Under the pieces are notes generated by a model, which saw only the letters and a list, made by a program, of their open reading frames with translations, had not been told where the DNA came from and did not search any database. A stretch of DNA of 40,596 nt from Candidatus Eiseniibacteriota bacterium (GTDB lineage: Bacteria; Eisenbacteria; RBG-16-71-46; SZUA-252). Position 1 is the stretch's first letter, and every line of letters starts with the position of its first letter. Made by a program: the position numbers and the translations under genes. Positions 26,253 through 35,956 of the stretch are shown here, in pieces. The DNA lies in contig JAYUAE010000201.1 of the NCBI GenBank assembly GCA_043741515.1, forward strand, positions 1 to 40,596. The letters run 5' to 3'.

Positions 26253-26260
26253 TTGAGCCC

Positions 26261-28633
26261 ATGAACGACGACCGCGCTCACGACTACGATCCCGCGACGC
26301 TCCAGCGTCGTCTCGAAGAGTTGCTCGCCCACGCGCGTTTCGCGGCGGCGCTCGATCTCATCGCGGAGTTTGAGGCACGCGGCCCGCTGCCTTCCGAGAT
26401 CGAGCATCCCATCTTGCTGTCGCGTTGCCGCGCCCTGCTGGGGCTCGGCAGGTGGCGGGAAGTCGCCGACCTGGCCGAGAAGAAGCTCGAGGAGCTGTAC
26501 GCGGTCCGCCCCGAGGACAAGAAGCCGATCCTCGAGTACCACATCGCGGCGGGCAGAGCGGTCTGGCGGATCGGGCGTCCGTCCCGGGCGGAGGAGCACT
26601 TCCGCGCCGCCTACCACATCAGCAGATGGGACTTCGAAGACCTCGAGGGAATGCTCCGCAGCCGCAATCTCCTGGGGCTCTGTTTCCTCGGAGCCGGCGA
26701 GATCCAGCGGGCCGTCGGAGAATTCGGCCGCGGCCAGCTCCAGGCTCGCGGCGCGGGTCTGTTCCACGAAGAGGCGAACTTCTCCCTGAACCTGAGCATC
26801 TCCCTGGCAAAGCTCGGCCGCTTCGAACAGGCGGACCAGGAACTCGCTCGCGCGCGCACGCTCTTCGGCGAGCGCGGGCATTCCCGCGGCAAGGTGCAGA
26901 CCCGGCTTTGTCTCGGGCAGCAACTCCGCATCCGAGGGGACCTGCGCGGCGCGGAGTCGCACATCCGCGGCGCGCTCTCGGAGGCGGAGGAGCACGGCTT
27001 CGAGCGCGAGCATGTGATCGCGCTCGAGTACCTTGGGGACGTCGCGCTCGACCAGTTCGACAATCAGTCCGCCATCGAGCGCTTCGACCAGGCCCTGCTC
27101 CTGGCCGAGCGACTGGCGCCCGAGGGGGACCTGATCCCCGAGCTGTGCCGGAGGATCGCGGAGGTCCACGTGCGGATCGGAGAGCCCAATCGCGCGCTGG
27201 TCACCTGCGAGCGCGGGCTACGGATCGCGCGCCGCATCAACGACCGCTTCGAGGAGGCGGCGACCTGCCGCGTCATGGCGATGGCCCACATGATCCTGGG
27301 CCACCGCGAAAGGGCGCTGCGCGCCGCACGGGAGGGCGTCCAGTTCCTGCGCAAGCTCGAGGCCATGTACGAGCTGGTCCGGGTCCTGGTCTGGAGCGGC
27401 GAAACGCTGCTCGCGGGCAAGGACCAGGAGGAGCGCGGCGTGGGCCGGGACCATCTGTGGGAGGCGCGCAGCCTGGCGATGACCATGAGCCTCGATCGCT
27501 GGGTCGAGCGGACCGAGAAGGTGCTGGGTGTGGAGCTCGAGCCCAGGATACCCGGGCCGAGCCGCAAGAGCGCCAAGGCGGCCGAGATGCCCGAAGGCGC
27601 CGACCCCGAGTGCTTCCGTTTCGGCATCGTCACGCAGGATCCGCGCATCGCCGATCTGATCCGCATCCTCGAGCGCGCGGCCGCGAGCCGGCTGCCGATC
27701 CTGATCCTCGGCGAGAAGGGAAGCGGGCGCGAGCTGCTCGCACGCGCGGCCTACGAGCTGGGAGACCGCCGCGAAGGCCCGTTCGTCGTGGGCCGGTGCG
27801 CGACCCTGCCGGAAGGGAATCTGGACGCCGATCTCTTCGGGCACGACCGTGCCGGCGGGTCCGGGGCGGCGGCGAAGCCCGGCCTCTTCGCCTCCTTCAG
27901 CGGCCTCGGCGCGGGCTCCATGAAGCCTGGCCTCTTCGAGGGCGCCAACGGCGGCGTGATCTACCTGGACGAGGTGAGCGAGCTTCTGGTCGGCGCGCAG
28001 GCCAAGCTCCTTCGCGTGATCGAGATGGGCGAGGTGCGCCGCGTGGGCGCGGCGGGGGTGCGCCACGTGGATGTTCGTGTGGTGGCGGCTTCGACGCGGG
28101 ACCTCGCCGGGCTGGTGCGCCGGGGGCTCTTCCGCGACGATCTGTACTACCGCCTGAACGGCATCCGGCTCGAAGTGCCGCCGCTCCGCGACCGCGTGGA
28201 GGACATCGAGCTGATCGGAAGGCACTTTCTCGAGCGCGCGTGCGCGCAGGCCGGAAAGCAGGTCTCGTTCACGGGAGACGCATGGGCTCAGTTCCGGAGC
28301 CACCCCTGGCCCGGCAACGTGCAGGAGCTGAAGAACACGATCGAGCGCGCCGTCGCCATCGCCGGGGATGGGGACATGATCGGGGCCGAGCTGGTCCCGC
28401 TGCGCCCTGCCCGCCGCGCCGGCCGCGTGTCGCCTGCAACGGCGGCCGCGCGCGCGGAAAGCCGCACGGAGCGGGAGCTGATCGTGACCGCGCTGCGCGC
28501 CAACCATGGGAATCAATCCGAGACGGCCCGCAGCCTGGGAGGAATGAAACGCACGACGCTGCTCTACAAGATGAAGAAGCTCGACATCCGCCCCGAGGAG
28601 TACGACAACAAGTCCGCCGGCTCCGACGCTTGA
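26261..28633 (+). CDS. TPR-rich N-terminal domain fused to an NtrC-family AAA+ (sigma54-interaction-type) domain and a Fis-type HTH; atypical bEBP
   Basis: AAA+ core: PILILGEKGSGRELLARAAY, GGVIYLDEV (Walker B), RVVAASTRDL, FRDDLYYRL and WPGNVQELKN. C-terminal HTH: NQSETARSLGGMKRTTLLYKMKKL. About 430 aa of helical repeats lie upstream. Confidence 0.85.
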   Translation: MNDDRAHDYDPATLQRRLEELLAHARFAAALDLIAEFEARGPLPSEIEHPILLSRCRALLGLGRWREVADLAEKKLEELYAVRPEDKKPILEYHIAAGRAVWRIGRPSRAEEHFRAAYHISRWDFEDLEGMLRSRNLLGLCFLGAGEIQRAVGEFGRGQLQARGAGLFHEEANFSLNLSISLAKLGRFEQADQELARARTLFGERGHSRGKVQTRLCLGQQLRIRGDLRGAESHIRGALSEAEEHGFEREHVIALEYLGDVALDQFDNQSAIERFDQALLLAERLAPEGDLIPELCRRIAEVHVRIGEPNRALVTCERGLRIARRINDRFEEAATCRVMAMAHMILGHRERALRAAREGVQFLRKLEAMYELVRVLVWSGETLLAGKDQEERGVGRDHLWEARSLAMTMSLDRWVERTEKVLGVELEPRIPGPSRKSAKAAEMPEGADPECFRFGIVTQDPRIADLIRILERAAASRLPILILGEKGSGRELLARAAYELGDRREGPFVVGRCATLPEGNLDADLFGHDRAGGSGAAAKPGLFASFSGLGAGSMKPGLFEGANGGVIYLDEVSELLVGAQAKLLRVIEMGEVRRVGAAGVRHVDVRVVAASTRDLAGLVRRGLFRDDLYYRLNGIRLEVPPLRDRVEDIELIGRHFLERACAQAGKQVSFTGDAWAQFRSHPWPGNVQELKNTIERAVAIAGDGDMIGAELVPLRPARRAGRVSPATAAARAESRTERELIVTALRANHGNQSETARSLGGMKRTTLLYKMKKLDIRPEEYDNKSAGSDA

Positions 28634-28659
28634 CCGCTCCGATACCCGCCCCCTATACT
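28630..28659 (+). promoter_or_regulatory. Sigma70-like promoter candidate upstream of nuoI
   Basis: TTGACC (28630-28635, overlapping the regulator's stop codon), an 18-nt spacer, then TATACT (28654-28659). Confidence 0.45.
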
Positions 28660-28782
28660 CGGCCCCGCACGCGTCTGATGTAAGAATCGCTCCATCAACC
28701 TCTTGTCGCGGTTCACGCCGGGCCTCTCTCGGTCCGCGCGCATCGTCATCGCACCATATGGTTCCGGATCGAGGAGCGGCGG

Positions 28783-29238
28783 ATGATCACCGAGCTGATG
28801 AAGGGTCTTTCGATCACCCTTTCCCATTTCTTCAAGAAGCCGGTCACGCTCCAGTACCCGGATGTGAAGATGGAGATGTATCCGCGTTTCAGGGGCCTTC
28901 ACGAGCTTCATCGCTACGAGAACGGCCTCGAGCGCTGCGTCTGCTGCGGCCTGTGCGCGGCCGTATGTCCCGCGGACGCCATCTACATGGAGGCGGCCGA
29001 GAATTCGGAGACCGCCCGCTATTCGGCCGGGGAGCGCTACGCCAAGCGCTACGACATCGACATGCTGCGGTGCATCTTCTGCGGCTACTGCGAGGAGGCG
29101 TGCCCGGAGGACGCCATCTTCCTGGGGCACAATTTCGAGCTCTCCGACTACTCGCGTGATTCCTTCATCTATTCCAAGGAGCAGCTCCTGGTGCCGGTCG
29201 GCCAGACCCATACTCCCGGCATCGTCCGCGGGCGCTAG
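28783..29238 (+). CDS. nuoI: NADH-quinone oxidoreductase subunit I (2x[4Fe-4S] ferredoxin-type)
   Basis: CVCCGLCAAVCPADAIYME and CIFCGYCEEACPEDAIFL, with the NuoI-type N-terminus KKPVTLQYPD. Confidence 0.9.
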   Translation: MITELMKGLSITLSHFFKKPVTLQYPDVKMEMYPRFRGLHELHRYENGLERCVCCGLCAAVCPADAIYMEAAENSETARYSAGERYAKRYDIDMLRCIFCGYCEEACPEDAIFLGHNFELSDYSRDSFIYSKEQLLVPVGQTHTPGIVRGR

Positions 29239-29274
29239 CGGCCCGGGGCGCACGAGCGCACGCGCGAGACGCAA

Positions 29275-30036
29275 TTGACCGAGAGTTTGCTCCTCGCACT
29301 GGGCTCGGGTCTTGTGGCGGGCCTCGCGAATGTGGCGGGCGGGCTCCTCTCCCTGAGCCGGCGGAGCTGGGATCGCGTCCGCCAGAGCTACCTCGTCGCG
29401 GCCGGCGCGGGATTCATGCTCGCCGCGGTCCTCCTCCGGATGACCCCCGAGAGCTACCGGATCGCGGCAGCCCACGCGACGCCGGGTCTCGCAGTCGGCA
29501 CGCTCCTCCTTCTGGGCTACCTCTTCGTGCACGCCGCCGAGCACGTGCTGGTCGGCCACTTCCACTTCGGCGAGGAGACCCACCACGAGCACTGGGTCGA
29601 GCCGGTCGTCGGCACGACCGCGCTCCTGGGGCTCCTCCTCCATGCGTTCTTCGACGGGGTGTCGATCGGATCCGGCTTCCTCGTGAAGCCCGAGCTCGGG
29701 GTCCTGGTCGCGATCGCGATCTTCCTCCACAAGGTCCCGGAAGGCTTCACCGTCGCGTCCATCATGACGGCTGCCGGCCGCTCGCCGCGGGAAGCCGGGT
29801 GGAGCGCGGCCTGGCTGGGGATCGCGACGGTCGTGGGCGTGGCCGTGATCTCGCGCTGGCCGGGGATGGTCCGCTTCGCGCTTCCGTTCTCCGCGGGGGC
29901 CGCGCTCTATGTCGCGGCATCGGATCTCATCCCCGCGGTCAACGAGACGAAAGGGATCCGCATGGCCCTGTGGGTCTTCGGCGGGGTCGTCGCCTTCTAT
30001 GGCACCGAAGCGCTGCTCGGCCTGCTGGGGTTGTGA
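29275..30036 (+). CDS. ZIP-family divalent metal (zinc) transporter
   Basis: HFHFGEETHHEHW, LLLHAFFDGVSIGSGF and IAIFLHKVPEGFTVASIM. TTG start. Confidence 0.85.
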   Translation: MTESLLLALGSGLVAGLANVAGGLLSLSRRSWDRVRQSYLVAAGAGFMLAAVLLRMTPESYRIAAAHATPGLAVGTLLLLGYLFVHAAEHVLVGHFHFGEETHHEHWVEPVVGTTALLGLLLHAFFDGVSIGSGFLVKPELGVLVAIAIFLHKVPEGFTVASIMTAAGRSPREAGWSAAWLGIATVVGVAVISRWPGMVRFALPFSAGAALYVAASDLIPAVNETKGIRMALWVFGGVVAFYGTEALLGLLGL

Positions 30037-30065
30037 TTGACGATGTCCCGACCGGCTGCTAAATT
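30037..30065 (+). promoter_or_regulatory. Near-consensus sigma70 promoter upstream of nuoB
   Basis: TTGACG (30037-30042), a 17-nt spacer, then TAAATT (30060-30065). It sits directly after the ZIP stop codon, about 75 nt before the nuoB ATG. Confidence 0.5.
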
Positions 30066-30141
30066 CGACGCCAGATCCTTTCCCGAATAACCGCAAGAGC
30101 TTGCCGCGATCCCAGGCCAGGCCCGCGAGGGGTGAGCGTTC

Positions 30142-30675
<534 letters not shown>

Positions 30676-30680
30676 TTCGA

Positions 30681-31868
30681 ATGGCCACCGCGACCTCCCC
30701 CGAATTCAAGACCATCACGATCAACATGGGGCCGCAGCACCCCTCGACGCACGGGGTGCTCCGTCTCGTGATCGAGCTGGACGGCGAGACCGTGGTCTCT
30801 CTCAAACCGGTGATGGGCTATCTCCACACCGGGATGGAAAAGTCCATGGAATCGAAGAACTATCACAAGTCGATCACCGTGACCGACCGGATGGACTACC
30901 TGTCCCCGCTCGGAAACAACATGGCGTACGTCGCGGCGGTCGAGAAGCTGATGAACCTCACGATCCCCGAGCGCGCGCAGGTCCTGCGCGTCATCCTTCT
31001 CGAGCTGACGCGCATCTCCTCGCATCTCGTGTGGCTCGGCACCCACGCCATCGACCTGGGCGCGATGAGCGTCTTCCTGTACTGCTTCCGCGAGCGCGAG
31101 AAACTCCTGGACGTGAACGACATGGTGGCGGGCTCGCGGCTCACGCCCAGCTACTTCCGCGTGGGCGGTTTCTACCTGGATGTGCCGGACACGTTCGTGC
31201 CGCACGTGCGGAAATTCCTCGAGGAGTTCCCGAAGGCGCTGGCCGAGTACCAGAACCTCCTCACCAAGAACCGGATCTGGATGAAGCGCACGATCGGCGT
31301 CGGCGTTCTGAGCGCCGACCGGGCGATCGATCTCGCCCTCACAGGGCCGACGCTCCGCGGAAGCGGCATCCGATACGACGTGCGCAAGGCGAAGCCCTAC
31401 TCGGGCTACGAGACCTATGACTTCGACATCCCGCTCGGGAAGAACGGCGACGTCTACGACCGCTACCTGTGCCGGATGGCAGAGATGGCGCAGTCGCTCT
31501 CGATCGTCCGCCAGGGGCTGGACCGGCTCAAGCCCGGCCCGGTGCGCGCAGACAATCCGTATCTTTTTCCCGCCGACCGCACCGAGGTGAAGCTCAACAT
31601 GGAAGAGCTGATCTACCACTTCAAGATCATGTCGGAGGGTTACAGCGCGCCGCCTGGAGACGCGTACTTCTCGGTCGAATCGCCCAAGGGTGAGCTGGGC
31701 TTCTACGTCGTGAGCAACGGCGGGCCGATCCCGCATCGCACGCGAGTGCGGCCTCCCTCGCTCATCAACCTCCAGGCGCTCGAGGAGATGTGCCTCGGCC
31801 GCATGGTGTCCGACGTGGTGGCCTGCATCGGGAGCATCGACATCGTGCTGGGGGAGGTGGATCGCTGA
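30681..31868 (+). CDS. nuoD: NADH-quinone oxidoreductase subunit D (not fused to NuoC)
   Basis: INMGPQHPSTHGVLRLVIELDGE, GYLHTGMEK, and a C-terminal GSIDIVLGEVDR. Confidence 0.92.
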   Translation: MATATSPEFKTITINMGPQHPSTHGVLRLVIELDGETVVSLKPVMGYLHTGMEKSMESKNYHKSITVTDRMDYLSPLGNNMAYVAAVEKLMNLTIPERAQVLRVILLELTRISSHLVWLGTHAIDLGAMSVFLYCFREREKLLDVNDMVAGSRLTPSYFRVGGFYLDVPDTFVPHVRKFLEEFPKALAEYQNLLTKNRIWMKRTIGVGVLSADRAIDLALTGPTLRGSGIRYDVRKAKPYSGYETYDFDIPLGKNGDVYDRYLCRMAEMAQSLSIVRQGLDRLKPGPVRADNPYLFPADRTEVKLNMEELIYHFKIMSEGYSAPPGDAYFSVESPKGELGFYVVSNGGPIPHRTRVRPPSLINLQALEEMCLGRMVSDVVACIGSIDIVLGEVDR

Positions 31869-31869
31869 C

Positions 31870-33159
31870 ATGCTGACCGCGACCTTCGAGCCGGTCCTCA
31901 CCAAGACGGTCCACTTGCCCGACTCGCACACCCTGGGCGTCTACAAGAAGCACGGCGGATACGAGGGGCTCGCCCTGGCGCTGAAGAAGCCGCCCGACGA
32001 GGTCATCGATCTGGTCAAGCGCTCCGGCCTCCGGGGCCGCGGCGGAGCGGGGTTCCCGACCGGAACCAAGTGGAGCTTCGTCCCGAAATCCACCGACAAG
32101 CCCAAGTACATGTGCGTGAACGCCGACGAGAGCGAGCCCGGCGCCTTCAAGGATCGTCTGATCTGCCAGAAGGACCCGCATCAGCTCCTCGAGGGGACCC
32201 TGATCGGCTCCTACGCGATCGGCGCGAGCCGGGCCTACATCTACATTCGCGGCGAATTCGCCCGCGAGGCGCGCATTCTCGAGCGCGCGATCGAGGAGGC
32301 GCGCGAGGCGGGCTACGTGGGGTCGAACATCCTGGGCTCGGGCTGGTCCTGCGAGATCACGATGTACGTCGGCGCGGGCGCCTACATCTGCGGCGAGGAG
32401 ACGGGCCTCATCGAATCGCTCGAGGGAAAGCGCGGGTGGCCGCGCCTCAAGCCGCCGTTCCCCGCGCTGGTCGGGCTCTTCGGCTGCCCCACGGTGGTGA
32501 ACAACGTGGAGACCTTGGCCTGCGTGCCGCACATCATGAAGCACGGCTGGGAGTGGTTCGCCGGGATCGGTCCCGAGCGGAACTCGGGCCCCAAGCTCTA
32601 CGGCCTGAGCGGCCACGTGGTGAAGCCCGGCGTCTTCGAGCTTCCGATGGGGATCTCGCTCCGCGAGCTGATCGAGGAGCACGGCGGGGGCGTCCCCGGC
32701 GGGCGTCCGGTGAAGGGCGTGATCCCGGGGGGCGCTTCCTGCCCGGTGCTTCGCGGCGACGAGATCGATCTCCCGATGGATTTCGACTCTCTGACCCGCG
32801 CCGGCTCGCTCTTCGGCACCGGCACGCCGATCGTCATGGACGACACGACCTGCATGGTTCGCGCCGCATGGATCACCGCGCGTTTCTTCGCGCACGAGTC
32901 GTGCGGGCAGTGCACGCCCTGCCGCGAGGGTTGCGGCTGGCTCCAGCGTCTGCTCTGGAAGATCGAGGAGGGGCGCGGCGAGGAGAAGGACCTGGACACG
33001 ATCCTCTCCGTGACCGACCAGATCGAGGGGAACACCATCTGCGCCCTGGGCGACGCGGCCGCATGGCCGGCGCGGGGATTCGCGAAGAAGTACCGGGACG
33101 AATTCCTCCAGCACATCCGCGAGAAGCGCTGCCCTCTGGGCGGCGGCTCGCTCCAATAG
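31870..33159 (+). CDS. nuoF: NADH-quinone oxidoreductase subunit F
   Basis: SGLRGRGGAGFPTGTKWSF, NADESEPGAFKDR, YICGEETGLIESLEG and ESCGQCTPCREG. Confidence 0.92.
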   Translation: MLTATFEPVLTKTVHLPDSHTLGVYKKHGGYEGLALALKKPPDEVIDLVKRSGLRGRGGAGFPTGTKWSFVPKSTDKPKYMCVNADESEPGAFKDRLICQKDPHQLLEGTLIGSYAIGASRAYIYIRGEFAREARILERAIEEAREAGYVGSNILGSGWSCEITMYVGAGAYICGEETGLIESLEGKRGWPRLKPPFPALVGLFGCPTVVNNVETLACVPHIMKHGWEWFAGIGPERNSGPKLYGLSGHVVKPGVFELPMGISLRELIEEHGGGVPGGRPVKGVIPGGASCPVLRGDEIDLPMDFDSLTRAGSLFGTGTPIVMDDTTCMVRAAWITARFFAHESCGQCTPCREGCGWLQRLLWKIEEGRGEEKDLDTILSVTDQIEGNTICALGDAAAWPARGFAKKYRDEFLQHIREKRCPLGGGSLQ

Positions 33160-33167
33160 GGGATCGC

Positions 33168-34796
33168 ATGGCCGCTGTGAAGGTGAAAATCGACGGGCGC
33201 GAGATCTCAGTCGAGAAGGGCACCAACCTGATCGAGGCGGCCAAGCTCGCGGGCGTCTTCGTCCCGCACTTCTGCTATCACCCCGGGCTTCCGGTGGTGG
33301 GGGTCTGCCGCATCTGCCTCTGCGAGCTGGAAGGGCGGCCGAAGCTCGTCGCGGGCTGCGCGACCGGCGTCGAGGAGGGCATGCACATCATCACGCGCTC
33401 GGAGAAGGTGGCCGCGGCGCGGAAGGCGGTGATGGAGTTCCTGCTCATCCATCATCCGCTCGACTGCCCCGTGTGCGACAAGGGCGGCGAGTGCACGCTC
33501 CAAGATTACACGATGCTCATGGGCCCCTCCCGGAGCCGCTTCCAGTTCGAGAAGATCACCTGGCCCGAGGAGGACGTGGGCGGGAAGCTGGTGCTCAACA
33601 AGAACCGCTGCATCCTCTGCATGCGGTGCGTCAACCTCTGCAAGGACGTGGCGGGGCTGGACGAGATCGCGGTGCTGAGCCGCGGCGAAGAGACCTACAT
33701 CGGCACGGTGGACGGACGGATGATCGAGAACGAGCTGGCGGGGAACATCGCCGACATCTGCCCGGTGGGCGCGCTCACCAGCAAGGACTTCCGGTTCAAG
33801 GCGCGTCCGTGGGAGCTGACCAACGTCCCCTCCGTCTGCCAGCTCTGTTCCAAGGGGTGCAACATCGTCGTGGGCTACCACCCGCGGCGGAACGAGATTC
33901 TCCGTCACACCGCCCGGACCAACATGGACGTGAACCAGTGGTGGATCTGCGATCGCGGCCGCGGCGGCTTCCACGACGTTCACGACAAGAGCCGGATTCT
34001 CGCGCCCTCGCGGAGGGTGGAGCGGGGCCGGAAGGCAGCTTCCTGGAACGAAGCCCTGCCGGAGATCGCGCGATCGCTGCGCGACATCATCTCCCGGCAC
34101 GGCGCGCGCGCGGTCGGAGTCATCGGATCTGGCATGCTCACCAACGAGGAGCACTATCTGGCCCGGACCATCTTCCAGGACGGGCTGGGAATCACGCACG
34201 TGGATTTCCCGCGCCGTCCGCAGAAGGAGGTCGTGTACAAGAAATTCACGATCGAGGGGGACCGGGATCCCAACGCGCGCGGGGCGATGCTTTGCGGAAT
34301 CGCTCCGGCGGCGAACGGCCTGGGCGTGCGGGACATGGTGCGCGCGGCCGCCGAGGGCTCCGTCAAGGCGCTCATCTTCCTACGCGGCGGCCCGCTCGAT
34401 CTCTTCGGCGAGCTCGCGATCGTCGAGCGAGCGCTCCAGAACGTCGAGCTCAATCTGGTCCTGGACGTGCTGCCGTCGCCCGTCTCGGAGCGCGCGCACT
34501 GGGTGCTTCCGGGCGTGTCCTTCGCGGAGAAGGACGGGACCTTCACCAATTCCCAGGGGCGCGTGCAGCGGATCCGGAAGGTGTTCACCCTCAAGGGCGA
34601 TACCCGCGAAGACTGGCGTATCTTGCAGGGGCTGGGACATGCGCTCGGCGTGACCGGCGTCCTGGATCCTGACCCGGAGCGGATCTTCGCGCGTCTCGCC
34701 CAGGCGATCCCGGCCTTCTCGGGCCTCTCATACGCGACACTCGGAGAGCTTGGTGCGCCGATCGAAGCAAGGGCGGCGGACGTCGCCGTGGGGTGA
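33168..34796 (+). CDS. nuoG: NADH-quinone oxidoreductase subunit G (short, about 540 aa form)
   Basis: CYHPGLPVVGVCRICLCEL, HHPLDCPVCDKGGECTLQD, CILCMRCVNLC and ADICPVGALTSKDFRFKARPWEL. Confidence 0.9.
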   Translation: MAAVKVKIDGREISVEKGTNLIEAAKLAGVFVPHFCYHPGLPVVGVCRICLCELEGRPKLVAGCATGVEEGMHIITRSEKVAAARKAVMEFLLIHHPLDCPVCDKGGECTLQDYTMLMGPSRSRFQFEKITWPEEDVGGKLVLNKNRCILCMRCVNLCKDVAGLDEIAVLSRGEETYIGTVDGRMIENELAGNIADICPVGALTSKDFRFKARPWELTNVPSVCQLCSKGCNIVVGYHPRRNEILRHTARTNMDVNQWWICDRGRGGFHDVHDKSRILAPSRRVERGRKAASWNEALPEIARSLRDIISRHGARAVGVIGSGMLTNEEHYLARTIFQDGLGITHVDFPRRPQKEVVYKKFTIEGDRDPNARGAMLCGIAPAANGLGVRDMVRAAAEGSVKALIFLRGGPLDLFGELAIVERALQNVELNLVLDVLPSPVSERAHWVLPGVSFAEKDGTFTNSQGRVQRIRKVFTLKGDTREDWRILQGLGHALGVTGVLDPDPERIFARLAQAIPAFSGLSYATLGELGAPIEARAADVAVG

Positions 34797-35874
34797 CGCC
34801 CGGCGCCGCCGCTCGATCCTCCACGCGCTTCCCAAGACCGACCTTCACGTTCACCTGGACGGCTCCATTCGTCCGGCGACGCTCTTCGATCTCGCGAAGA
34901 GCCAGAACGTGCGGCTGGAGGTCAAGACCAAGGCCGGCCTCCAGAGCTTTCTCGACCGCCTGACCGCGGGCGTCAGTCTTCCCACCTACCTCAAGGCGTT
35001 CGACCTCACCCTGTCGGTCCTCCAGCAGCCGGAAGCGCTCGAGCGCGTCGCATTCGAGCTGGCGGAAGACGCGCATCTGGAGAACGTGAGGTACATGGAG
35101 GTGCGGTACTGCCCGGCGCTCCACCTGAAGCAGGACCTCACGCTTCACGGCACGGTGGACGCGGTGCTGCGCGGACTGTCGGAGGCGGGGCGTCGTTACG
35201 GGATCCAGACCGGCACCATCATCTGCGGCATCCGGCACCTGAGCCCCAAGCTCTCGCTCGAGCTGGCCGACCTGGCGGTGGCGTACGTTGGGCGCGGCGT
35301 CGTGGGGTTCGACCTCGCGGGAGCGGAGAAGGACTACCCAGCGAAGGCGCATCGCGAGGCCTTCGACCGCGTCTTGCGCAACAACGTGAAGGTGACCGTC
35401 CACGCGGGGGAAGCGTTCGGCCCCGGGAGCATCCGCCAGGCGCTGCACTACTGCGGGGCGCACCGGATCGGCCACGGGACGCGACTTCGCGAGGACCGGA
35501 TGACGCTCGACTACGTGAACGACCACCGGATCCCGCTCGAGATGTGCCTGACCTCGAACGTCCAGACCCAGGCCTCGACGTCCTTCGAGGAACATCCGTT
35601 CCGCGAGTATCTGAAGCTGGGAGTGCGCGTCACCCTGAACACCGACAACCGGCTCGTTTCCTCGACCACGATGACCGACGAGCTGGACCGGGCGGTGGGC
35701 ACGTTCGACCTGGACCCCATCGACGTGAGGCAGGTTCTGCTGAACGGGTTCAAGTCCGCGTTCGTGCCCTACACGGAAAAAGGAGAGCTTCTGCGACGGG
35801 CGGTTCTGGAAATCGACCAGAGGCTGAGGCAGTCCAAAATCGCCACCACGGAATCCGAGCGCGATCTTCTGTGA
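34750..35874 (+). CDS. add: Adenosine deaminase
   Basis: LPKTDLHVHLDGSIRP, VVGFDLAGAE, HAGE, HRIGHG and the TLNTDN motifs. The TTG/GTG start overlaps the nuoG 3' end by about 45 nt, and there is no in-frame ATG. Confidence 0.85.
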   Translation: MVRRSKQGRRTSPWGDARRRRSILHALPKTDLHVHLDGSIRPATLFDLAKSQNVRLEVKTKAGLQSFLDRLTAGVSLPTYLKAFDLTLSVLQQPEALERVAFELAEDAHLENVRYMEVRYCPALHLKQDLTLHGTVDAVLRGLSEAGRRYGIQTGTIICGIRHLSPKLSLELADLAVAYVGRGVVGFDLAGAEKDYPAKAHREAFDRVLRNNVKVTVHAGEAFGPGSIRQALHYCGAHRIGHGTRLREDRMTLDYVNDHRIPLEMCLTSNVQTQASTSFEEHPFREYLKLGVRVTLNTDNRLVSSTTMTDELDRAVGTFDLDPIDVRQVLLNGFKSAFVPYTEKGELLRRAVLEIDQRLRQSKIATTESERDLL

Positions 35875-35906
35875 CCCCGCCGCATCCAAAGCACCACGGG
35901 CCGCGC

Positions 35907-35935
35907 TTGAATGAGCTCGTCCTGTCGCCTACTAT
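35907..35935 (+). promoter_or_regulatory. Near-consensus sigma70 promoter heading the methyltransferase-to-bshA operon
   Basis: TTGAAT (35907-35912), a 17-nt spacer, then TACTAT (35930-35935). GAGGAAAGAG RBS, then the ATG at 35957. Confidence 0.5.
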
Positions 35936-35956
35936 CTGGACGGTGAGGAAAGAGCC

